From an uncultured Candidatus Micrarchaeota archaeon (GTDB taxonomy: Archaea > Micrarchaeota > Micrarchaeia > Burarchaeales > Fermentimicrarchaeaceae), in assembly GCA_963760615.1 (NCBI GenBank), contig CAVXDX010000014.1, positions 1 to 64,000 on the forward strand: a stretch of 64,000 nucleotides of DNA, given 5' to 3'. Made by a program: the position numbers and the translations under genes. The notes under the pieces are model-generated. The model ran no database searches and had not been told where the DNA came from. It saw only the letters and a list, made by a program, of their open reading frames with translations. Of the stretch, positions 1 to 9,248 are shown piece by piece (within the stretch, counting starts at the first letter, position 1; each line of letters starts with the position of its first letter).

Positions 1-1254
1 ATAAAGCCTGATGAGATGAAAGTGAGAGAGAGGATGCTGGAGAGCATTAAACGAGTTTTCAGGCTCTATGGCTTTGCTCCTCTCGAGACTCCTGCAATTG
101 AGAGCTGGGAGGTATTGTCTGCAAAGGGTGCAGGCGGGAGCGAGATACTGAACGAGACTTACAACTTTGAGGATAAAGGGGGCAGGAGAGTTGGCATGAG
201 GTACGACCTGACGGTTCCTCTTGCAAGATTCATTGCCATGAACCCGAATACCCCTCTGCCTTTCAAAAGATACCAGGTTGGCACGGTGTGGAGGTACGGG
301 GATGTGGCAAAAGGCAGACTGAGGGAGTTCTGGCAGGCCGACATTGACATAGTCGGCTCTGAGAGCATGCTTGCGGATGCGGAGATAATCGCATGCACAG
401 TTGATGTTTTCCAGGAGCTGGGCTTCGAGAAGTTCGTTGTGAGGCTGAACAACAGGAAGATTCTTTCAGCAATGGTGAAGTCTGCAGGAATAGAAGCTGG
501 AAAGGTTGATGAGGCATTCAGGGTTATGGACAAGCTTGAGAAAATTGGGAAGGAGAAGGTTCTTGAGGAACTCTCCCAGCGGGGCATTGCGAGGGAAGCC
601 AGTGAGAGGCTCATGGAACTCATCTCCCTGAGCGGAGAAGCGGATGGGATGCTCAATGAGTGCGAGAAGCTTGCGGGCAACATAGGGGAGGGAAAGCAGG
701 GAGTTGGCGAGATGAGAGAGCTTCTTTCATACCTGGGGAAGATGAAAGTGGAAGAGAGCATCAGGCTGGACTTCAGCCTTGCGAGGGGGCTGGAATACTA
801 CACAGGCCCAATATTTGAGGTTTTCTTCTCACAAGGGATAGGAAGCCTGGCCGGAGGGGGGCGGTATGACAGGATGATTGGCCTGTTCCTGGGAAAGGAG
901 ATACCGGCAACTGGGATAAGCTTTGGAATTGACAGGATTGCGGAGGTTATGAGTGAGAGAAAGGATGTGAAGGGCAGGAGCGTGTTTATAGCAAGCGTTG
1001 ATGAAGGCTCCCGGGATGAAGCGCTCAGAATCGCAAGAACGTTCAGGGAAAGTGGAGTGGCTGCAATGGTTGATTTAAGGGGGCGGTCCCTCGCAAAGCA
1101 GCTCAACTATGCTAATTCACTTGGTATACCCTATGTTGTGATAGTAGGGAAGGAAGAGATGAGGCAGGGCAAGGTGAAGCTCAGGGATTTCGGGAGCGGA
1201 GAGGAAAAGCTGCTGCGAATTGAGGAGTGCATTGAAGCGATAGGAAATGGGTAA
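1..1254 (+). CDS. hisS: Histidyl-tRNA synthetase (5' end outside the window)
   Basis: Class II aaRS motifs RYDLTVPLAR, REFWQADIDIVG, LARGLEYYTG, GGGRYD, GISFGIDR and C-terminal anticodon-binding domain; frame open from base 1. Confidence 0.97.
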   Translation: MKPDEMKVRERMLESIKRVFRLYGFAPLETPAIESWEVLSAKGAGGSEILNETYNFEDKGGRRVGMRYDLTVPLARFIAMNPNTPLPFKRYQVGTVWRYGDVAKGRLREFWQADIDIVGSESMLADAEIIACTVDVFQELGFEKFVVRLNNRKILSAMVKSAGIEAGKVDEAFRVMDKLEKIGKEKVLEELSQRGIAREASERLMELISLSGEADGMLNECEKLAGNIGEGKQGVGEMRELLSYLGKMKVEESIRLDFSLARGLEYYTGPIFEVFFSQGIGSLAGGGRYDRMIGLFLGKEIPATGISFGIDRIAEVMSERKDVKGRSVFIASVDEGSRDEALRIARTFRESGVAAMVDLRGRSLAKQLNYANSLGIPYVVIVGKEEMRQGKVKLRDFGSGEEKLLRIEECIEAIGNG

Positions 1255-1302
1255 ATTTATATTACAGAACAGACAGAATTATAGCATAGGCGGGTGATGG
1301 AT

Positions 1303-1467
1303 ATGGCGATGGACTGGAGCAGCACGAAAGCATGCCTGGTTTGCTTCACAAAGGACGGCATATCGGTGAGGCTTGAGCTGCAGAATGATGTCTACGTATG
1401 CCCACGAAATCCGGAGCACAGGTTTGTAATGAAGGACGGAAAGCTGGAGAGGTTGTCCCATGAGTAA
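1303..1467 (+). CDS. Small putative zinc-binding protein (about 54 aa), not in the ORF track
   Basis: GGTGA SD before ATG; MAMDWSSTKACLVCFTKDGISVRLELQNDVYVCPRNPEHRFVMKDGKLERLSHE has CxxC and CxxxxxH; its stop overlaps the next start. Confidence 0.7.
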   Translation: MAMDWSSTKACLVCFTKDGISVRLELQNDVYVCPRNPEHRFVMKDGKLERLSHE

Positions 1468-1954
1468 GTCGGTAGAGGAAGTCAATGATGAAGTGATAGG
1501 CAAGGGCGGACTGCTGGTCGTCGTGTATTTTGATATACACGGGAATTCCCCGGAGATTATTCAAAACTCCATGGTTGAGATGATAGGCAGGATGAGCCAT
1601 GAGATGGGAGTTGTGTACGCAACCGGGGAGATTGAGAAGCCCATAGAGTATGAAGGTATGCATTCAACATGCGCAGAGGTTAGGCTTCTTGTAAAAGACC
1701 TCAACTCTCTTGTCAATGTATGCTTCAGGTATGGACCAATCGGAATAGATGTCATACGCCCTGAGGAGATGAAGCTTTCACTCCCGCAGCTGCATGAGAT
1801 TCTTCTTAATATTTCGCAGACATCGCAGGAATACAGCCAGTTCATGTATGAGAAGATTATGACTCCTGAGGATAAGGAGAAGTTCAACAAGCAACTCATA
1901 AACAGGGCAGAGCTTGCCAAGAAGATCATTGAGAAGGGGAAGGAGAAGAAGTGA
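1460..1954 (+). CDS. Hypothetical protein
   Basis: 164-aa ORF coupled to the upstream ORF, host-like codon usage, no recognised motif. Confidence 0.75.
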   Translation: MSKSVEEVNDEVIGKGGLLVVVYFDIHGNSPEIIQNSMVEMIGRMSHEMGVVYATGEIEKPIEYEGMHSTCAEVRLLVKDLNSLVNVCFRYGPIGIDVIRPEEMKLSLPQLHEILLNISQTSQEYSQFMYEKIMTPEDKEKFNKQLINRAELAKKIIEKGKEKK

Positions 1955-2003
1955 GAAATTATTTATAGATGCTGCTTCTAATGTAGTAATGGAAGGTGAG
2001 AGG

Positions 2004-2543
2004 ATGGTAGACAAGAAAAGAAAGAGAGATTTTGACGATCCTTTTGGTTTCTTTGGCGAGGATGCATTCGGGGATTTTGATGAGATTAGGAGGGTGATGG
2101 ACGAGTTCGTGAAGAGAGCCATGGGGTCAGGGCTTGGGGAGCTCAGGAGCGACGAGCCCATTGTTTTTGGTGTTAACATGAGGGTTGGCCCTGACGGCAA
2201 GCCCGTGATACAGAAGTTCGGGAATGTCAAGCCCACCATAAGAGGGCCAATGGTGAGTGACAAGAGAGAGCCACTCGTGGATGTGATTGAGAGGGAAGGC
2301 GACATAACCGTCATGGTGGAGCTTCCAGGAGTCAACAAGAACCAGATAAACCTCAAAACAACAGACAGGACGCTCACAATTTCTGCTCCGGGGGAGGAAA
2401 GCGACTTTTACAAGGAGGTGAAGCTGCCTGCCGCGGTTGATTCAAAGAGCGCCAAGGCAAACTACAAGAACGGCGTGCTGGAGGTATGCCTCCAGAAGAG
2501 GGAGAAGAGCAAGCCGAAGGCGGAGAACATACCAGTAGAGTAG
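2004..2543 (+). CDS. hsp20: Small heat-shock protein, archaeal Hsp20 (alpha-crystallin domain)
   Basis: REPLVDVIE, VELPGV, AKANYKNGVLEV motifs; GGTGA SD before ATG 2004. Confidence 0.93.
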   Translation: MVDKKRKRDFDDPFGFFGEDAFGDFDEIRRVMDEFVKRAMGSGLGELRSDEPIVFGVNMRVGPDGKPVIQKFGNVKPTIRGPMVSDKREPLVDVIEREGDITVMVELPGVNKNQINLKTTDRTLTISAPGEESDFYKEVKLPAAVDSKSAKANYKNGVLEVCLQKREKSKPKAENIPVE

Positions 2544-2780
2544 CTAGGGGAATTTCTTCCTGAAGTATAAACCTTCCAGCTTCTTCAAGTCGTCAAGCGG
2601 TTTCTCATTGGTTTTTGCAACCCAGACTTCTTTTGTTTCTTCGTTCTCCAGGATAAGCTGGTGCATACTGCTATCTTTTGAGAAATGGCAGTGCGGAGGC
2701 ATGTAGTGGTGGTGCCAGAGTATATTTTTTCTGGTCATCTCAACAGCTTTATTTACAATCTCGGTTGTTGACGTATCCAT
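2544..2780 (-). CDS. Hypothetical His-rich small protein (78 aa)
   Basis: ORF from ATG 2780 with WHHHYMPPHCHF segment; convergent with hsp20. Confidence 0.65.
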   Translation of the reverse strand: MDTSTTEIVNKAVEMTRKNILWHHHYMPPHCHFSKDSSMHQLILENEETKEVWVAKTNEKPLDDLKKLEGLYFRKKFP

Positions 2781-2811
2781 AAATTTATTACGTATAGCAT
2801 TATTATTAAGT

Positions 2812-2898
2812 TTCACTGGCAAGTTACCCCCCTTCCGCCTATTTAAATACCCCAAGAAGCCACCTCTTTAGCAGTAAAGAGGTGATTGAGATGAAAAT
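2812..2898. repeat. 87-bp dispersed repeat, copy 1 (TATA box + 10-bp inverted repeat + SD + first codons)
   Basis: Base-for-base identical to 26079-26165; contains TTTAAATA (2842-2849), CACCTCTTTA-gcag-TAAAGAGGTG (2861-2884) and ATG 2891. Confidence 0.97.
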
Positions 2899-3064
2899 GG
2901 ATATAAGCAAGCTCAAGGATGAGGAAATTGACCAGCTCATATCATTCCTCGACAGGAGGAACATAACTTCCTTTGTGAAGAGGAATGGGGAAACGCTGAT
3001 GCTAGTGTGCAAATCGACCCCCATAAGACCTGCAAGACTTGAGCTGGGAATTGAGAACATATAA
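2891..3064 (+). CDS. Microprotein (57 aa), paralog of 26158-26283
   Basis: GAGGTGA SD 5 nt before ATG; 14/41 residues identical to the second copy. Confidence 0.8.
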   Translation: MKMDISKLKDEEIDQLISFLDRRNITSFVKRNGETLMLVCKSTPIRPARLELGIENI

Positions 3065-3135
3065 TTTTTTTCTTTTTTCTTCTATTTTTTCAGAAAACTA
3101 TATTAAGCGGCAGAAAGTCAATCTATTCGATTTGA

Positions 3136-3867
3136 ATGGAATGCGCTTACCATCCAGATAAGGAAGCTGTTGCCGAGTGCTCAAAGTGCGGAAGACCGCT
3201 CTGCGAGGAATGCAGCAAGAATCCCAATACGGTTTGCATTGACTGCTCCATAATGCCGGCTAAAGTGGAGGATGAGAATGTTGCAGAGGTCCGCCTCATG
3301 AATTGGGATGGGTGGATAAACTCATTTGTAGCACCAAAAAAAGCATTCAAAACAAACAATGACTTGAGCTCCTCTGCGGGCATAGCAATGAACCTGTTTG
3401 TGGGTTTGATAAACGCTGGTATTCTTGCATTCATCATGGTTATTGCAGGAAAACCGCCTGCGGGAGAGAGCGCAGGCTCGCTCATGGGAGTTTTTGGATA
3501 TACAACCCAGTTCATAATATTCCTGTGCATCTGGCTCGTTACTGCCCTGGTTTCCTACTCCTTTGCCATGCTCACGGGCGGCATGGGCAACCTGAAGCAG
3601 CACTTATACCTGTTCTCATTGCTCATACCCCTCTCACCGCTTGTGATTCTAATTCTTGCAGGGGTGTTCGGGGTTCTCCTCTCCATCCACATATCCATCC
3701 TGTTTCTAGGCGTTGTATTTATTACAATATACTTCATCAACATAATAATAGCCGCCATAGAGGAAGCGCATAGATTCGGCTTCCTCCAGGCTGCCGTGAG
3801 CGGTATTATACCGGTCATCATCATCGGCGTTGCGATTGGGTTATTAATACTTGCCTTCAGAAAATAA
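3136..3867 (+). CDS. B-box-like zinc finger + Yip1-like multi-pass membrane protein
   Basis: N-terminal CxxH...CxxCxxxxCxxC...CxxC followed by about 5 hydrophobic helices. Confidence 0.7.
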   Translation: MECAYHPDKEAVAECSKCGRPLCEECSKNPNTVCIDCSIMPAKVEDENVAEVRLMNWDGWINSFVAPKKAFKTNNDLSSSAGIAMNLFVGLINAGILAFIMVIAGKPPAGESAGSLMGVFGYTTQFIIFLCIWLVTALVSYSFAMLTGGMGNLKQHLYLFSLLIPLSPLVILILAGVFGVLLSIHISILFLGVVFITIYFINIIIAAIEEAHRFGFLQAAVSGIIPVIIIGVAIGLLILAFRK

Positions 3868-3887
3868 CAGATGTCGAGGGGTTGAAA

Positions 3888-5006
3888 ATGCAGAAGAGAT
3901 TCACTGTTAATCCTTGGGAAGTGACCGGTGAGGTTGACTATGATAAGCTCATCAAGGAGTTTGGAGTGCAGCCGCTCTCAAAAGAGCTCATGAAAAAAAT
4001 TGAGAGAAAAGCAGGTTACATGCACCTCTACCTCAGGAGGGGGCTTTTCTTCTCCCACAGGGACTTTGACGTCATTATGAACGAGTATGAAAAAGGAAAG
4101 GAGTTTGTACTCTACACCGGAAGAGGCCCTTCAGGGAGAACGCACCTGGGGCATCTCATACCGTGGATTTTCACCGCATACCTGCAGAAAGCCTTTGGCT
4201 CCAAGCTGTATTTTCAGATGACTGACGATGAGAAGTTCCTCATGAGGAACGTGGGGATGGAGGAGGCTGTGGGCTACAGCTATGACAATGCTCTGGACGT
4301 CATTGCCGCTGGAATGGAGCCGGGCAAAACCGTGATATTCTCCGATGTGGAGTACATAAAAACAATCTACAGGATAGCGCTGCAGGTTGCGAAGAGAGTC
4401 ACCTTTTCCACTGCGAAGGCAGTTTTTGGCTTCACCAACAGCTCCAACATCGGGATAATCTTCTTCCCGGCAGTGCAGGCCTCACCTGCTTTCATGGCCC
4501 AGATGCTAGAGAAGAGGGATGTGAACTGCCTTATTCCATGTGCAATAGACCAAGACCCCTACTGGAGAATAGCGAGGGATGTGGCGCCTGCGCTTGGAAT
4601 GCCCAAGCCAGCGGGGTTATACAGCAAGTTCCTTCCGGGCCTGCGGGGAGTTGGGGGCAAGATGTCGGCTTCTGAGGAGGAGACGGCAGTATACACAACG
4701 GATTCTCTTGCCGTTGCCAGAAAGAAAGTGATGGCTGCCTTCACAGGGGGCAGGGCAAGCATTGCAGAGCAGAGAGAGAAGGGAGGGAACCCAGAGGTTT
4801 GCGTAGTGCACCAGTGGCTCTACTACATGTTTGAGGAGGACGACAGGAAACTCAAGGAATCATGGGAGGACTGCAAGGCAGGGAAGATACTCTGCGGGGA
4901 GTGCAAAAAATACCTCGCTGACAAGGTCTGCAGGTTCCTTGAGGAGCACCAGAGGAAGAGGGAAAGAGCTAAGAGAGAGATAGACAAGTTCATAGCAAAG
5001 GATTGA
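3888..5006 (+). CDS. trpS: Tryptophanyl-tRNA synthetase (archaeal type)
   Basis: VNPWEV, YTGRGPS, HLGH (HIGH), IDQDPYWR, KMSAS (KMSKS) motifs. Confidence 0.97.
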   Translation: MQKRFTVNPWEVTGEVDYDKLIKEFGVQPLSKELMKKIERKAGYMHLYLRRGLFFSHRDFDVIMNEYEKGKEFVLYTGRGPSGRTHLGHLIPWIFTAYLQKAFGSKLYFQMTDDEKFLMRNVGMEEAVGYSYDNALDVIAAGMEPGKTVIFSDVEYIKTIYRIALQVAKRVTFSTAKAVFGFTNSSNIGIIFFPAVQASPAFMAQMLEKRDVNCLIPCAIDQDPYWRIARDVAPALGMPKPAGLYSKFLPGLRGVGGKMSASEEETAVYTTDSLAVARKKVMAAFTGGRASIAEQREKGGNPEVCVVHQWLYYMFEEDDRKLKESWEDCKAGKILCGECKKYLADKVCRFLEEHQRKRERAKREIDKFIAKD

Positions 5007-5645
5007 TCACTCTTCAACTTTTGCCGATTCCAGGTCGATCTTTACCCCTTCAAGAGCAGTTGACAGCTGGTCCTTAGCCATCTCCAGAACGCCTACGGGG
5101 TTCGTGGGGAAGAATACGGAGATGCCCCTGTTCTTGTTCTCGCCAACAAAAACCCAGCGGCCCATCCTGAAGGTGTCAACAGGCAGGCTTGTGTTTATTA
5201 TGAACATGCTGGACTTTAGAAGCTCATCCACAACTGCTTCGTAGCTTGTGTCGTAGGTATCAATGAATATCGTCTCATCATCTTCCTCCTTCCTCACGAA
5301 GTAGAAGGGAGTTACGAACGGCTTCTTCGCGCTCTTGGCCTTGTCCTTCAAAACACCTTCGAATTTCTCAGCCAGCCTTGTGGCCTTCATGGCATCATCC
5401 TTGTATTTGGCCACCTGCTCGGAAGCGCCTGCAATTATATCATCGAAGTAGGCGCTTACGTCCTTCTTGAGCTTGTCGATTTCTTTTCCAACATCCTGCG
5501 TCTCGGAGTAGTCACCAGGATTCTCAAGCAAGTCGCGCAGTGTGAAGACATATTTTCCTGCTAGGGATCTGTCAATATCATCTATTATCAAGTCAAGCTG
5601 CTCCTGGAACGATAGAGCGCCGGGAGGTGCAGTTACATCTGCCAT
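5007..5645 (-). CDS. Hypothetical protein
   Basis: 212-aa ORF with AGGTGA SD; no recognised motif. Confidence 0.75.
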   Translation of the reverse strand: MADVTAPPGALSFQEQLDLIIDDIDRSLAGKYVFTLRDLLENPGDYSETQDVGKEIDKLKKDVSAYFDDIIAGASEQVAKYKDDAMKATRLAEKFEGVLKDKAKSAKKPFVTPFYFVRKEEDDETIFIDTYDTSYEAVVDELLKSSMFIINTSLPVDTFRMGRWVFVGENKNRGISVFFPTNPVGVLEMAKDQLSTALEGVKIDLESAKVEE

Positions 5646-5667
5646 GTTTAATCACCTTTTTTTAATT

Positions 5668-6684
5668 TCAATATTCTTGTATGTGCATTCGGGGGTATTT
5701 ATTACTTTCATTGATGGATTTATCAAACCGTCTCATGCGCGGTATCATTGCGGAAAGGAAAGCCTGCTCGGTCATCTGGCTCCTCTCAGCCAGCCCTCTC
5801 GAGAGGTAGCCCACCGCTCCTTCTCTCCTGCCTATCTCGCTGATTCCAGCGACTTCTGCGAAGAGTTTGCTCATGGTCTTTCCACTCCTCCTCATCTCCT
5901 CAGCCAGCTCGTTTGGAATCTCGAATGCCATGCTGTAGCCAACCGTGATTCTCTCACCGTCGTATACTACACAGACCTGGCAGTCAAAATACTTTCCTTC
6001 AGACCTGAAAAGCCCACTCTCCAGCCCTATGCCGTAGTCTGCTTTGAGCTTCAGTTTTGCAACTTTGGCTCTGTTCACTGCGCCTTTTACAATTTCATCA
6101 TCAAAGGGCTGGCCTGGAGTTTTTGATTTTACTTTGATTCCGCGTATTTTGAAGTTTTTGAATATTCTTCTTGCAACTTTTTCGACACCCTTGAGCTTGC
6201 TGGGGTTTGTCGAGCCGACAGCCAGCAAGAGGGGTTTTACCCTCCTTCCCCTCTCATCCACCTCGCCACTCCTTACCCTCTCGCAGGAGAGTTTCTTAAG
6301 GTCATCAGAATTGAGGAGAGGTATTGCGAGTATTGCCAGCGGCTTCAGCCCTTTGCTTTTCCTAAGGGTATTTATCTCCTCCGCCCTCTCCCTGGTTTCC
6401 TTGCTGACGACTATTGCATCAAAATCCCCCTCAATGGCGGGCCCGTAGACATCATGGAGCTTGAATATTTCCGCCCTCCGCATATCTTTTCCAAGGAACC
6501 TCTCAAGCCTTTTCTTTCTTGATGCAAACGAGGAACAGCGGTATTTTTTGTTCTTCCTTGCGAACTCATCGCTTGTCAGGCCTATGTAGACCCTTCTCCC
6601 GGAGGAAAGGGCAAGCCTGAGCAGTCTCCTGTGCCCCTCGTGGAGCGTCTCGAAGGTGCCTCCAAGGATAACCTTGCTGTACAT
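5668..6684 (-). CDS. coaD: Bifunctional phosphopantetheine adenylyltransferase / non-canonical purine NTP phosphatase (YjjX/DUF84)
   Basis: GGTFETLHEGH (HxGH) and IVVSKET of archaeal PPAT; C-terminal VGSTNPSK, GAVNRA, GLESG of YjjX. Confidence 0.9.
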   Translation of the reverse strand: MYSKVILGGTFETLHEGHRRLLRLALSSGRRVYIGLTSDEFARKNKKYRCSSFASRKKRLERFLGKDMRRAEIFKLHDVYGPAIEGDFDAIVVSKETRERAEEINTLRKSKGLKPLAILAIPLLNSDDLKKLSCERVRSGEVDERGRRVKPLLLAVGSTNPSKLKGVEKVARRIFKNFKIRGIKVKSKTPGQPFDDEIVKGAVNRAKVAKLKLKADYGIGLESGLFRSEGKYFDCQVCVVYDGERITVGYSMAFEIPNELAEEMRRSGKTMSKLFAEVAGISEIGRREGAVGYLSRGLAERSQMTEQAFLSAMIPRMRRFDKSINESNKYPRMHIQEY

Positions 6685-6751
6685 AAAATAAGTTTAGTCT
6701 GTATAATTTATTAATGCATTTCTATACGCTGTTCTCACATTCCAGCTAGGA

Positions 6752-7858
6752 CTACTTCTGGGCTGCTTCTCTCTCCAATTTCTCTGCTTTTTCGAAGTTT
6801 TTGCGGGCATTTGCGCTTTTCGGATTATATTCCAATGCTTTTGTGAAGTCTGCCAGTGCCTCCTTATACAATCCCTGCTTTGCAAATACAGTCCCGCGGT
6901 TGTTGTAAGCCTCTGCGCATTTCTCTTCCAGCTCCACTTCTCTGGTGCTGCTGGTCTGAATTGCTTTTTCATATAGTCCTATCGCTGTATCGTAGTCCGA
7001 GATTGCTTTTTTGTATGATTTTTGGTCGCCATAAGTTCCGGCGCGGTTGTAGTAGAAGGCTGCATCCTTGTCATTAAGCCTTATTGCTTCGTCATAATCC
7101 GCAATTGCCTCTTCGTAGAGTTTTTTCTTGCTATAGGCACTTCCGCGGTTATTGTATACGTCTGCATGTTTCGGATTCAGCTCTCTTGCCTTGGTGTAAT
7201 CCGCAATTGCTTCATCATAAAGACCTTTCTCGTAGTTGGCAACTCCGCGGTTCTGGTAGCTCATCGACTGGACGGCTTCAACATCCGAAGTAATCGCATA
7301 GATTACGGGATGTTTCATTTCCAGCTGACCAATTGGGTAAAGCTTCCCCCTGTCTTTTCTTCCGGTTTCCAAAAAGAAGCTGTCCGTGACTATGAAAGCA
7401 TGGTTTGGAGCGCTTGCTATTTTTGCATTGACTCCCAGCTGTTTCGCAATGTCAAACATGAGGAATGCAGCATTATCGCAGTCCAACTTGGCTGTTTCAA
7501 GGGATTCCTTAAGGAACCCGAATTTGTTCGTTCCGTATTTCATGTTGAGGTTGCCTGTCATTATGCCCCATGTTTCAGTCAGGAACCTCTCCTCCTCATG
7601 CGGCTTTATCTCCAAGTCGTTCTTCAGTATGTCCGCAATGCTATCAACAAGATTTGCATACCTGCGGCAGAATTCCTTCATCTCTGGCTTGCCCTCAAGC
7701 TCTATCATTATCCTGCGGACTCCGGCAAGCTCCAGCCTTTCAGTTTCAGCTGTGCCTGTCTTGAATTTTGAGAAGTCTTTCTCCGGTGTTCTGAACTGGA
7801 ACTGCTGGAACAGCGATGCATCCTTTGGATTTTCTTCCTTCTTTGCTTGTGCTTTCAT
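6752..7858 (-). CDS. TPR-repeat protein with N-terminal transglutaminase-like domain
   Basis: LDCD...PNHAF segment, then repeats such as YNNRG...YEEAIADYDEAIRLN. Confidence 0.8.
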   Translation of the reverse strand: MKAQAKKEENPKDASLFQQFQFRTPEKDFSKFKTGTAETERLELAGVRRIMIELEGKPEMKEFCRRYANLVDSIADILKNDLEIKPHEEERFLTETWGIMTGNLNMKYGTNKFGFLKESLETAKLDCDNAAFLMFDIAKQLGVNAKIASAPNHAFIVTDSFFLETGRKDRGKLYPIGQLEMKHPVIYAITSDVEAVQSMSYQNRGVANYEKGLYDEAIADYTKARELNPKHADVYNNRGSAYSKKKLYEEAIADYDEAIRLNDKDAAFYYNRAGTYGDQKSYKKAISDYDTAIGLYEKAIQTSSTREVELEEKCAEAYNNRGTVFAKQGLYKEALADFTKALEYNPKSANARKNFEKAEKLEREAAQK

Positions 7859-7950
7859 GTTGTTTTTATGAGTTTTAAGATATAAATAAGTGAGTCTGCA
7901 AAAAGGCAGGAAGCTAAATTTATAAGTAGAAGCACGCCAAAATATTAGTT

Positions 7951-8163
7951 ATGGATGAGAGGAAGAGGATAAAAGATGACATAGAACAGTTTTACAAAGG
8001 CGTTAAGGATGTGAAAGGGGCGCCAGAGATAGTTGAGCTTGCAACAAGGTACTGCAAGGATGCGCAGTTCTACCTTGACAAGAAAGACTACGTGACTGCT
8101 TTTGGGTGCATAAATTATGCACATGGGCTTATTGACGCAGTTAAAAAAATGGAGGAGAGGTAA
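7951..8163 (+). CDS. DUF357 family protein
   Basis: YCKDAQFYLDKKDYVTAFGCINYAHGLIDA matches the archaeal DUF357 pattern. Confidence 0.85.
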   Translation: MDERKRIKDDIEQFYKGVKDVKGAPEIVELATRYCKDAQFYLDKKDYVTAFGCINYAHGLIDAVKKMEER

Positions 8164-9248
8164 TGGATTGGGAGTTCCAACTGCCAACGAAAATAATCTT
8201 TGGCAGGGGTAGCCTGAGCAGGGTTTGGGAGAATGTCGACAGGAAGCATGTTCTGCTTGTGACCGGCAAGAGCAGATTCAGGGAACAGTTTGTAAGCAGG
8301 ATAAAAAAGCAGCTTGGCAATGCTCAGCTTTCAGTGTATGACAATGTAGAGTCTAACCCCACTCACCAGAACGTTGATGGGGGAGTGGAGGTTATTGAAA
8401 AGCAGGGATGCGAGCTCCTTATAGCATTCGGAGGCGGGAGCGTCATTGATGCTGCAAAGCTCATGGCGTGCATAGCGGTGAACAAAGGAAATGCTTATGA
8501 GTACGCCTTCCAGAAAAAGAGGATTGAGAAGAAAGGTCTGCCCCTCATAGCAATACCGACAACGGCAGGCACCGGGAGCGAGGTTACTCCTTTTGCGGTG
8601 ATATCCGACAAGGAGAAGAAGCTCAAAGCTCCCATCAGGAATAGGCTCCTGTTCCCGAAGGTTGCAGTGGTTGACCCTGAGCTTACCGCAAGCATGCCTG
8701 CCGAACTCACAGCAAATACTGGGGCGGATGCTCTTGCCCATGCACTTGAGGCTCTCTGGTCCAAGAGGGCGGAGCCCATAACAGATTATTTGGCCCTGAG
8801 AGCGGCAAAGATAGTTTTTGACAACCTGAAGAAAGCCTGCCAGGAACCGGAGAATATGGATGCGAGGGAGGAGATGTCCCTGGCAAGCCTGCTGGGCGGG
8901 ATGGCGATAAGCAATGCATGGACAGGCCCTGCGCATGCAATTTCATATCCATTCACCGTTCATTTTGGTGTCCCCCACGGGAATGCCTGTTCCATCACAC
9001 TGCCAGAGGTGATGGAGTTCAACGCCCTGCGCTCTGAGAAGATAAACCGCATCACGCAGCTCTACGGGCCTGAGAAGATGAGGGAACTCTTCAAGGAGGT
9101 GGGGCTGAGGACGAAGCTCAGCGAGTTTGGCGTAAAGAAGGAGGATATACCGCTGATACTGGACGGAGTGGTTCCGTCAACACTTGAAACGAATATTGTT
9201 GAAATGAGGAGGGGGGATATTGAGGAGTTGCTGAACAAGATTCTTTGA
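8163..9248 (+). CDS. Iron-containing alcohol dehydrogenase
   Basis: GGGSVIDAAK, PTTAGTGSE, DALAHALE, HAISY, HG motifs. Confidence 0.93.
   Translation: MDWEFQLPTKIIFGRGSLSRVWENVDRKHVLLVTGKSRFREQFVSRIKKQLGNAQLSVYDNVESNPTHQNVDGGVEVIEKQGCELLIAFGGGSVIDAAKLMACIAVNKGNAYEYAFQKKRIEKKGLPLIAIPTTAGTGSEVTPFAVISDKEKKLKAPIRNRLLFPKVAVVDPELTASMPAELTANTGADALAHALEALWSKRAEPITDYLALRAAKIVFDNLKKACQEPENMDAREEMSLASLLGGMAISNAWTGPAHAISYPFTVHFGVPHGNACSITLPEVMEFNALRSEKINRITQLYGPEKMRELFKEVGLRTKLSEFGVKKEDIPLILDGVVPSTLETNIVEMRRGDIEELLNKIL

Noticed and set aside
5668-6684. CoaD-YjjX fusion as a novelty
   Set aside because: This bifunctional fusion is already known from other archaea such as Thermoplasmatales.
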